A stretch of DNA of 27,908 bases from an uncultured Rhodospirillaceae bacterium (lineage in GTDB: Bacteria; Pseudomonadota; Alphaproteobacteria; UBA7887): the NCBI GenBank assembly GCA_964408735.1, contig CAYPAX010000063.1, forward strand, positions 1 through 27,908. Direction: 5' to 3'. Shown one piece after another: positions 17,200 through 24,862 of this stretch. Numbering within the stretch: the first letter of the stretch is position 1; the number at the start of each line of letters is the position of its first letter. The position numbers and the translations under genes are program-made. The notes under the pieces were generated by a model. It worked only from the letters and a program-made list of their open reading frames with translations. It made no database searches and had not been told where the DNA came from.

Positions 17200-18666
17200 A
17201 TGAGCGTATTGATCAAGAACGGCCGCGTGGTCACCGCCAGCGATGACTATCACGCCGATATCTTCATCAAGGATTCCACCGTCACGCTCATTGGCAAGGA
17301 CCTCGTTATCGAGGCGGATCGCGTCATCGACGCCGCCGGCAAGCTGGTGATTCCGGGCGGAATCGACCCTCACACCCATCTCGAGCTGCCGTTCGGCGGC
17401 ACCACCACCTCCGATACCTTCGAGACCGGCACCCGTGCCGCGGCCTTTGGCGGCACCACCTGTATTGTCGATTTCGCCGTGCAAAGCCGCGGCCATTCGA
17501 CCATCGAGGCTCTTGACGCCTGGCATGCCAAGGCGGCCGGCAACACCGCCATCGACTACGGCTTCCACATGATCATCACCGACATGCCGGAGAGCCGCAC
17601 TCAGGAGATGCGCCGCCTCGCGGACGACGGCATCTCGTCGTACAAGATGTTCATGGCCTATCCTGGCGCCATGCTGTCCGACGACGGCACCATCTTCCGC
17701 GCCATGCGCAAGGCGGGCGAGGACGGCACCCTGGTCTGCATGCACGCCGAGAACGGCATCGTCATCGACGAGCTGATCAAGATCGCGCTCTCGGAAGGTC
17801 ATATCGAGCCCAAGCAGCATGCCCTGACGCGTCCCACCCGGCTCGAGGCCGAGGGCACCCACCGCGCGCTCGCCATCGCCGAGGTGGCCCGCGCGCCGGT
17901 CTATATCGTCCATCTCAGCGCCTACGACTCGCTCAAGGAGCTGCGCGATGCCCAGGCGAGGGGGGTGATGGCCCATGCCGAGACCTGCCCGCAATATCTG
18001 CTGCTCGACGTCGACGCCTATGACGAGCCGGGCTTCGACGGCGCCAAATACGTGCTAACGCCGCCGCTTCGCGAAAAGTGGAACCAGGACGAGCTCTGGC
18101 GGGGCCTGCGCACCGGCGACCTCAACGTCATCTCGACCGACCATTGCCCGTTCTGCCTCAAGGAGCAGAAGGAGATCGGCAAGGACGACTTCTCCAAGAT
18201 TCCCAACGGCGGGCCGGGCATCGAGAACCGCATGAGCCTGATCTACCATTACGGCGTCAATGCCGGGCGCATCGGGCTGAACCGCTTCGTCGAGCTGACC
18301 TCGACGGCGCCGGCGAAGATTTTCGGCCTGTTCCCGCGCAAGGGCACCATCGCCGTGGGCAGCGATGCCGATATCGTCATCTTCGATCCCGAGCACGAGG
18401 AGACGATCAGCTACTACAACGCCAAGACCCACCACATGAACATCGACTACAACGCCTTCGAAGGCATGACCGTCAAGGGCTTCACCGAGACCGTGCTGAG
18501 CCGCGGCAAGGTTATCCTCGACAAGGGCACCTATGTCGGCCGCCCCGGCGACGGCCGCTTCGTCAAGCGCGGCCCCTATGGCGGCCCCTTCGCGCCGACT
18601 TTGGCCAGCGAGGCGGGCCCGCAAGAGACCGGCCCCGGCGTGGCCCGCAAGATGGCCGCCGAATAA
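17200..18666 (+). CDS. D-hydantoinase / dihydropyrimidinase (cyclic amidohydrolase)
   Basis: MSVLIKNGRVVT...GGIDPHTHLELPFGGT...GTTCIVDF, and the full-length cyclic-amidohydrolase architecture. The upstream region is AT-rich and divergent from the SBP gene, with a TATAAT-like element. Confidence 0.9.
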   Translation: MSVLIKNGRVVTASDDYHADIFIKDSTVTLIGKDLVIEADRVIDAAGKLVIPGGIDPHTHLELPFGGTTTSDTFETGTRAAAFGGTTCIVDFAVQSRGHSTIEALDAWHAKAAGNTAIDYGFHMIITDMPESRTQEMRRLADDGISSYKMFMAYPGAMLSDDGTIFRAMRKAGEDGTLVCMHAENGIVIDELIKIALSEGHIEPKQHALTRPTRLEAEGTHRALAIAEVARAPVYIVHLSAYDSLKELRDAQARGVMAHAETCPQYLLLDVDAYDEPGFDGAKYVLTPPLREKWNQDELWRGLRTGDLNVISTDHCPFCLKEQKEIGKDDFSKIPNGGPGIENRMSLIYHYGVNAGRIGLNRFVELTSTAPAKIFGLFPRKGTIAVGSDADIVIFDPEHEETISYYNAKTHHMNIDYNAFEGMTVKGFTETVLSRGKVILDKGTYVGRPGDGRFVKRGPYGGPFAPTLASEAGPQETGPGVARKMAAE

Positions 18667-18670
18667 AGCC

Positions 18671-18976
18671 TCAGTCCGCCAGGCCGCAGGCGCCGATCAG
18701 CTCCATCTCGATCGCTGACGGCGGCTCGCTGCAGCGCGCCGCGAGATCCTTCACGAAAGCCTGGAAGGCCGGCATCGCGGGCAGCGGATTGCTGCCGTCC
18801 GCGGTCTCGATGATGGCGATGTGCACGAAGGTCACGCCGTCCTCGGACTTGAAGGTCATGTATTTGAGACCGTCCTGCGGCTCCGCCGCCAGCGCCTCGT
18901 AAACCCCCCGCGCCAGCGCCTCGTTCTCAGCCACCTGCTTGGGCTTGACCTTGTAGCGCACCATAACCTGGCTCAT
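18671..18976 (-). CDS. Small ABM-domain-like (dimeric alpha/beta-barrel) protein, function unknown
   Basis: A 101-aa protein reading MVRYKVKPKQVAENEAL...LKYMTFKSEDGVTFVHIAIIE..FQAFV, resembling antibiotic-biosynthesis-monooxygenase-like domains. GGAGAGGAAG RBS upstream. Confidence 0.5.
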   Translation of the reverse strand: MSQVMVRYKVKPKQVAENEALARGVYEALAAEPQDGLKYMTFKSEDGVTFVHIAIIETADGSNPLPAMPAFQAFVKDLAARCSEPPSAIEMELIGACGLAD

Positions 18977-19187
18977 CGCTCAGCTTCCTCTCCGTGGCGT
19001 GTCATCGGGCCGGCGATGATGCCCCACGCGGTGGTCAGTTGCCAGACTGAACCGCGAGCCGCACACGCGCCATAATTGTGCCGCTTTGCTTTGCCAATAC
19101 TCGACGGGCCGTTAGGCAAAGGCGGACGAAATCTGATTCAGGACGCAGCACAGCGCCTAGAGACAGGGCGGCACAAAGGAGTCTTCG

Positions 19188-19733
19188 GTGAAATCAAGAA
19201 TCCAGCATGTAATTTTGCTTGGGACGCTAATTGCCCTGGCCGGCTGCGCGCGCCTGACCGGTCCCTGCCCGACATGGGAGTACACCGAGGAGTGGGAAAA
19301 ATGGGCCGGGTACGCCAACACCCTTCTGGAGGTCAATGCCAAATACGAGATCAGCGGCGATCCCCGCTATTCGACCATGGCGGGCGCTGCATATGCTGGT
19401 GGCGGCGGAAATTTTCGCAGCGAGGACGCGCGTTATGGGGTGGCGTTACGCTTGATCAAAAAGGCCAGCCTGTGTGGTGACCTGGACGCCGTCAAGGCGC
19501 TGTCGAGCATCTATCGCGAGGGCAGGCTGGGGGTGCCGGCCAATCCCGAGCGGGCACAATGCCTCGAAGACTTCATGGACAGTGGCGGCGAATTCGCGGC
19601 CTGTCGCATTCGTCTCGACGAGCTGCACGATTTCCCGCCCGAGGCCCTGCTCAGCCCCACGACCATCGATCCCGACGACCCCTGCGATGTGCACGACTCG
19701 GGGCGGCCGAGAGGCCAGTGCGACGAGCGTTAG
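19188..19733 (+). CDS. Sel1-like repeat lipoprotein
   Basis: GTG start with AAAGGAG 7 nt upstream. The lipobox LIALAGC is present. Sel1/TPR-like segments are present (ARYGVALRLIKKASLCGDLDAVKALSSIYREGRLGVPANPERA). The local GC content is visibly lower than in the flanking genes. Confidence 0.65.
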   Translation: MKSRIQHVILLGTLIALAGCARLTGPCPTWEYTEEWEKWAGYANTLLEVNAKYEISGDPRYSTMAGAAYAGGGGNFRSEDARYGVALRLIKKASLCGDLDAVKALSSIYREGRLGVPANPERAQCLEDFMDSGGEFAACRIRLDELHDFPPEALLSPTTIDPDDPCDVHDSGRPRGQCDER

Positions 19734-20194
19734 GCCGGACGGGTCGGGCGCACCACTTTCAGCAGCCAGAAGAGGATGCAGAAGGCGCCGGTGAGCAGGA
19801 CGAGCGCGATGATCGAGGCGAGGTGGGCGCTGAAGCCGGTGGCGACGTTCTGTTCGGCGCGCAACAGGGTGATGCAGAGGCTCTGCACGGACTGCAGCGC
19901 CGCGCCGGAACTCAGCAATATGGCGACGAAGGTCGAGCCGCGCAGCGAGCTCAACACCATCTTCTCGACGCTCTGCTGCTGCACGATATAGAGCCTGTAG
20001 GCGCGCCAGTGATAGGCGCAGAAGCCGAGAATGCCCGTCAGCAGGGCCGCCCAGAAGATCACATTGTTGAACGTGATGCCGTAGACGATGAGCATGAACA
20101 GGTCTTCGAACGGCTGATAGAAATAGAGGAATATCAGCACGATAATGAAGACCAGGAACCCGACAAGGGTCCAGAACCACCGCCAGCCGCTCAT
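19730..20194 (-). CDS. Small integral membrane protein (~4 TM), paralog of 4913..5428
   Basis: Shares the LIFLYFYQPFE motif and TM topology with the paralog. It lies at the end of the minus-strand hyuA'-hyuB'-membrane-amidase gene string. Confidence 0.7.
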   Translation of the reverse strand: MSGWRWFWTLVGFLVFIIVLIFLYFYQPFEDLFMLIVYGITFNNVIFWAALLTGILGFCAYHWRAYRLYIVQQQSVEKMVLSSLRGSTFVAILLSSGAALQSVQSLCITLLRAEQNVATGFSAHLASIIALVLLTGAFCILFWLLKVVRPTRPA

Positions 20195-20254
20195 TGCCTC
20201 ACGTCCCCCTGAACTCGCATCGCCATCCTTCTTACCCGATCGCTGCCACCGGTA

Positions 20255-21655
20255 TCAACCGAGCGGCGGCCGCTGCTCGTGCCACGGCGTCGCCTGCTCG
20301 TAGGCATGGGCCAGGCGCAGCAGGTCGGCCTCCTCGAACCAGCGGCCGATGAGCTGTAGGCCGATGGGCAGGCCGCTGGCGGTAAAGCCGCAGGGCACGG
20401 AGACCGCTGGCTGGCCCGTGAACGGCGCCAGGCGGGTGAGGCGGCCGAGCACCTTGACGCCGTCGACCGTCTTGCCGGCCACCTCGATCTCGCAAGTCTC
20501 GATCGGCACTGTCGGTATCGGCGCGGTGGGGCAGAGCAGGGCGTCGACGTTTCCCATCAGCGCGCGCATGGCCGCGATGGTGTCACCTCGAACCAGCTCC
20601 GATTCCGCCGCCTGCTCGGGCGTCATCTCGCTGCCGCGCAGCAGGCGCTCGCGCACGTCAGGCGAAAAATCGTCGCGATGGTCACGCAAATTCGCCTCGT
20701 GCACCTTGTAGGCATCGGTCAGGGCGAGAATGTCCCAGGCCCTGTTTGCGGCGCGAATATCGAAGGGCAGGGTGATTTCCGTCACCTCCGCCCCCAGGCC
20801 CGCAAGCACGGCGGCGGCGGCGCGTACGGCGGCCTCGACCTCCGGGTGGAGGTCGTCGAAGAACACCGGGTTCGGCAGGGCGATACGCATGCCCGTGATC
20901 GGCCGGCCGAGCCCTGCCGTGTAGTCGGCGGTCTTGGCGTCGGCCGTGCTCGGGTCGTTGGCATCGCTGCCGGCGATCGCGGCGAGCATCAGCGCCGCGT
21001 CGCTCACCGTGCGTGTCAAGGGCCCGCCGTGATCGAAGCGCTCGCTGAGGGGCTGGATGCCGTGGCGGCTGGCCAGCCCGTAGGTCTGCTTCAGGCCGAC
21101 CACGCCGCACAGCGCCGCCGGGATGCGGATCGAGCCGCCGGTGTCGGTGCCGAGCGTCGCCGCCGCTAAATGCGCCGCCGTGGCACAGCCCGAGCCGCTG
21201 CTCGAGCCGCCGCTGACGCAATCCCGCTGCCAGGGATTGCGCGCGCTGCCGTGGTGGGGATTGACTCCGGTCGGCCCGAAGGCGAACTCATGCAGGTTGA
21301 GCAGGCCGAGGATAACCGCGCCGGCGGCCTCCAGGCGCGCGACCGAGGTGGAACTCTCCGTCGCCGGCTCTTCACGGAAGAAGGCCGAGCCGCAGGTCCG
21401 CACCATGCCTTCGACCTTGAACAGGTCTTTCACTGCCAGCGGCACCCCGTGCAGCGGCCCGCGATAGTCGCCCGCCGCGATCTCGGCCTCGGCGCGCTGC
21501 GCCGCGGCCAGCGCCCGCTCGCCATCGACGGTGATATAGGCATTGAGATCGGCGTGCGCCTCGATGCGGTCGAGATAGGCCTGTGTCAGTTCGACCGGTG
21601 ATATCTCGCGGCGGGCGATCAGCGGTGCCAGGGTGGTGATGTCCATATCGATCAT
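20255..21655 (-). CDS. Amidase-signature (AS) family amidase (GatA-like)
   Basis: GGSSSGSG, AATLGTDTGGSIRIPAALCGVVGLKQTYG, and the Ser-cisSer-Lys region. Start taken at MIDMDITTL (minus coordinate 21655), overlapping the upstream gene's stop (ATGA). The longer ORF-track N-terminus overlaps the upstream gene and is rejected. Confidence 0.9.
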   Translation of the reverse strand: MIDMDITTLAPLIARREISPVELTQAYLDRIEAHADLNAYITVDGERALAAAQRAEAEIAAGDYRGPLHGVPLAVKDLFKVEGMVRTCGSAFFREEPATESSTSVARLEAAGAVILGLLNLHEFAFGPTGVNPHHGSARNPWQRDCVSGGSSSGSGCATAAHLAAATLGTDTGGSIRIPAALCGVVGLKQTYGLASRHGIQPLSERFDHGGPLTRTVSDAALMLAAIAGSDANDPSTADAKTADYTAGLGRPITGMRIALPNPVFFDDLHPEVEAAVRAAAAVLAGLGAEVTEITLPFDIRAANRAWDILALTDAYKVHEANLRDHRDDFSPDVRERLLRGSEMTPEQAAESELVRGDTIAAMRALMGNVDALLCPTAPIPTVPIETCEIEVAGKTVDGVKVLGRLTRLAPFTGQPAVSVPCGFTASGLPIGLQLIGRWFEEADLLRLAHAYEQATPWHEQRPPLG

Positions 21656-22746
21656 GCGGCAGCCTCCGGGATGGCGACGAGCAGCAGGATACCGTAGAGC
21701 ACGATGAACACCGCGTCCTTGAAGGCCCCGATGCCGTGGCGCGCCGTATCGCGCGAGGCAATGAGCTGGATGATCTCGAGCACCAGGAAGATCAGCGTCA
21801 GCAGGAAGCACGGCCACAGGCTCTCCCACCACGAGCCCTCGACCTCGGGCACAGCCTGCACGCTGCGCCAGATCAGCAGCAGGATCGGCAGCAGCGCCAC
21901 ATAGGCATAGGCGAGCAGGAAGCGCAGGCGGAAGCGCTTGCGGTCGACGAGCCAGAAGGCGAGCAAGAAGGCGGCGATGTTGACCACGTCCCAGAACATT
22001 CCCCGATAGACCTGCTCTTCCAGCGGCTGCCAATGGCGCAGGTTGAGATAGGCGAGCATCAGGAACAGCACGAAGGCGTCGCAGAACAGCCACTCGCGCA
22101 GGGTCTCGGCGGTGCCCTTGTTGGCCCAGGCCCGGCTGGCCTTGTCGACCAGCAGGACGAGGCCCACCGCCAGGGCAGCGGGATAGAGCAAATCGCGCAA
22201 GATTAGGTACTGGTCGGGGCGGTCGAGATAGGTCCAGTTGAGCAGCAGAATGGCCAGCGCGAAGCCGAGCAGGCCGAGCAGGCGTACCGCGGACGGTGTC
22301 TCGAACTCGGCGGCCGGCTCAGGCTCGGGTTTGGGCGCGGCGGGCGCGGCGTGGCCTTCCTCGGCGGGCAGGATACGGGCGAACAGCACCACCACGAAAG
22401 CGACGAGGCCGAGCGCCGCGGCGATCAGCATGACGGTGAAGAAGTTGTCGGCGCGGTTGCCGCTGCGCCAGTCCTCGGGCTCCGCCGCCAGCGGCGCCTC
22501 TTCGCCCTCGACCACCTCGACCGGAATCTCGTCGGGGCCGCCGAGCAGGGGCGGGAACTGCCAGGCCAGCACGACCACCACCAGCACCAACAGCACCAGT
22601 GCCAGGGCGAACTCGTACCAGCGCGGTGCCCGCACCAGCCGCGTCCCGCCGGCGCTCCTGGTCAGCAGCAAGACCAGGAACGCGACGATGCCGACGATGG
22701 CGACAGCCGCCATCACCTCCAGGAAAACGATATGCTGACTATCCAT
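21652..22746 (-). CDS. Polytopic integral membrane protein of unknown function (~9-10 TM) with an acidic/Pro-rich loop
   Basis: It has multiple hydrophobic helices and the loop EEGHAAPAAPKPEPEPAAEFETPSA. It sits between hyuB' and the amidase with coupled stops and starts. The start at 22746 (MDSQHIVFLEV) is preferred; the alternative at 22797 would overlap hyuB'. Confidence 0.65.
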   Translation of the reverse strand: MDSQHIVFLEVMAAVAIVGIVAFLVLLLTRSAGGTRLVRAPRWYEFALALVLLVLVVVVLAWQFPPLLGGPDEIPVEVVEGEEAPLAAEPEDWRSGNRADNFFTVMLIAAALGLVAFVVVLFARILPAEEGHAAPAAPKPEPEPAAEFETPSAVRLLGLLGFALAILLLNWTYLDRPDQYLILRDLLYPAALAVGLVLLVDKASRAWANKGTAETLREWLFCDAFVLFLMLAYLNLRHWQPLEEQVYRGMFWDVVNIAAFLLAFWLVDRKRFRLRFLLAYAYVALLPILLLIWRSVQAVPEVEGSWWESLWPCFLLTLIFLVLEIIQLIASRDTARHGIGAFKDAVFIVLYGILLLVAIPEAAA

Positions 22747-22756
22747 CGGCGTCGGA

Positions 22757-24862
22757 TCAGCGGCCACGCAGGCGCTGCGTTTCCGCCTCGTCCACACTTT
22801 CGCTCTTCGTGTCGATGGCGACTCGGTAGATCTCGCGCGCCGCCTCAGCCGTGATGTAGTCGTCCAGCCAGTCGTCGAGCACGGCCTGTGGATCGCGCTC
22901 CTCAGGCTTGCCGTAGCCGCCGCCGGACGGCCCTGTGATGCGGATGAGATCGCCGGCGGCCATCTTGGCGCCGGTCACTTTCGACGGCCAGCTCTGCTCG
23001 CCGTCGCCGCCCGGGTTCTTGGTCAGTGCCCCTGTCAGGCCCTCGGCACCGCCGAAGATGCCGTGCGGCGCCTCCAGGTGGCGGTCCGCCTCGCAGGAGA
23101 TGTATCCCTCCGACAGAAAGCGGTTCTCGCGCACGATTCCGATACCGCCGCGCCATTGCCCCGCCGCCGGCGGATCGGGGCGCAGCTCATAGCGCTCGTT
23201 GCGGATCGGGTAGTGCATGTCGAGTTCCTCGACCGGATTGTTGCGGGTGTTGGCCACCAGATTGTCCACACTGTCCAGGCCGTCCTTGCCGTAGCGGCCA
23301 CCGTAACTGCCTTCGTCCACCTCGAGATAGACCCAGTATTGCTGGCGCTCGGGAAGGAAGCCCGAATAGGAGATGAAGTAGAGCGAGGCCGAGTTGCCGC
23401 CCGTCGCTTTCTCCGGAATCACCGGGGCGAGGGCGCGGATGATGCAATCGACGACGCGCTGGATCTGGGCGAAGCGCGAGAAGCAGGCGCGCGGGAAGTT
23501 GGGGTTGAAGATGGTACCCTTGGGCGCCTCTACAGTGATGGGCCGGAAGATACCTTCGTTCTGGGGGATGAACTCTTCGTATGCTACCTCGTCGAGCAGC
23601 AGAGTGCGGATGATGTAGTTGCAGGCCACCACCAGGCTGCCCTCGAAAGGCACGTTGAAGCCCGTCTCCACCTCCGCCGCCGAGCCCGCCAGGTCGATGG
23701 TGATGTCGCTGCCTGAGACGCGCACGGTGACGTTGACCTTGAGCGGCACATCACGGTTCTTGCCATCGTCGTCGAGCCATCCTTCGGCGTGGTACTCGCC
23801 GTCGGGCACCTTGGCGATCTCGGCCCGCAGCATGCGCTCGGAATAGTCCATCCAGTACTTTGCGGCGCCCATCACGGTCTCGGGCGAATATTTCTCCACC
23901 ACGGCGGAAAAGCGGTCGCGGCCAAGCTCCACCGCGGCGATCATGGCCTCGATATCGGACGAATCCATGTCGGGGGTGCGCACATTGTCCTTGATCAGTT
24001 GCCAGACCTCTTCGTTACGGCGGCCCTTGTCGTGGAGCTTGACCGCATTGAACAGCTTGGCTTCGGCATAAACATCGACCACGTCCACATTGATGCCCGG
24101 CGCGGCGCCGCCGACATCGAGCAGATGCGCCGTGCAGGCGGCGAAGCCCAGCATGCGGCCCTTGCGGAAGATCGGCGTGATCACCGCCAGGTCCGGCGTG
24201 TGCGAGGCGCCGAAATAGGGGTGATTGTGGATGATGATGTCGCCTTCGTTGATCCGGCCCTTGAGCCGCTTGTGCATGCCGCGGATGTACCAGGGCAGGG
24301 AGCCGATATGCATCGGCGTGGAATCGCTCTCGCAAAGCTCGGCGCCCTCGATATCGAAGATGCCGCAGCCGAGGTCTTCGGATTCGCGAATGATACTGGA
24401 ATAGGACATGCGGTAGAGCACATGCGCCATCTCCTTGGCGATGGCATCGAAGGCGCCGCCGACCACGCGGAGCGTCACCGGGTCGAGGCTGTCATAGGCG
24501 TAGTCCGTGACCTTGGTCGGCCGCGGCGGCAACGGCTTGCCCGGGTCCGCCATCTTAGGCATGGTTGGCGCCGGTTCGGGCTGCGGCTCGGCCAGGGGCG
24601 GCGGCGGTGCTACCGCCGTCTCGCCGAGCAAGGTCGCGGCACAGGCACTGAGACTACGCGCGGCGGCGATATCGAGACGCTCGCCGAGGCTGCGGCCTTC
24701 GCCATTGGCGCTGCCGCTCTCGCGAATGCGCGTGCCTCCGGCTTCGAGCACGCCGACCACAGTCGCGTTCGCCCCAGTGGTCTTGTGCTCGGCGATGTCG
24801 AAGCTCCAGGCCTCGCCATAGGCGGCTCTCAATCTTGCCAGTATCTCGTCGGTCTGCGTCAT
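22757..24862 (-). CDS. hyuB: Hydantoinase B / oxoprolinase-family subunit B (second copy) with a ~130-aa N-terminal extension (recurrent Rad52-like domain plus Pro-rich linker)
   Basis: The core starts around LDPVTLRVVGGAFDAIAKEMAHVLYRMSYS and contains HyuB-typical blocks. The N-terminus reads ARLRAAYGEAWSFDIAEHK...ATVVGVLEAGG...ARSLSACAATLLG, followed by an APPPPLAEPQPEPAP linker. ATGA overlap with hyuA' at 24859-24862. Confidence 0.9.
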   Translation of the reverse strand: MTQTDEILARLRAAYGEAWSFDIAEHKTTGANATVVGVLEAGGTRIRESGSANGEGRSLGERLDIAAARSLSACAATLLGETAVAPPPPLAEPQPEPAPTMPKMADPGKPLPPRPTKVTDYAYDSLDPVTLRVVGGAFDAIAKEMAHVLYRMSYSSIIRESEDLGCGIFDIEGAELCESDSTPMHIGSLPWYIRGMHKRLKGRINEGDIIIHNHPYFGASHTPDLAVITPIFRKGRMLGFAACTAHLLDVGGAAPGINVDVVDVYAEAKLFNAVKLHDKGRRNEEVWQLIKDNVRTPDMDSSDIEAMIAAVELGRDRFSAVVEKYSPETVMGAAKYWMDYSERMLRAEIAKVPDGEYHAEGWLDDDGKNRDVPLKVNVTVRVSGSDITIDLAGSAAEVETGFNVPFEGSLVVACNYIIRTLLLDEVAYEEFIPQNEGIFRPITVEAPKGTIFNPNFPRACFSRFAQIQRVVDCIIRALAPVIPEKATGGNSASLYFISYSGFLPERQQYWVYLEVDEGSYGGRYGKDGLDSVDNLVANTRNNPVEELDMHYPIRNERYELRPDPPAAGQWRGGIGIVRENRFLSEGYISCEADRHLEAPHGIFGGAEGLTGALTKNPGGDGEQSWPSKVTGAKMAAGDLIRITGPSGGGYGKPEERDPQAVLDDWLDDYITAEAAREIYRVAIDTKSESVDEAETQRLRGR

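Noticed and set aside
20255-22093. 612-aa version of the amidase ORF with a 146-aa N-terminal extension.
   Set aside because: The extension overlaps the upstream membrane-protein gene in another frame and is Arg/Ala/Pro-rich low-complexity. The MIDMDITTL start gives a canonical ~466-aa AS-family amidase with ATGA coupling.
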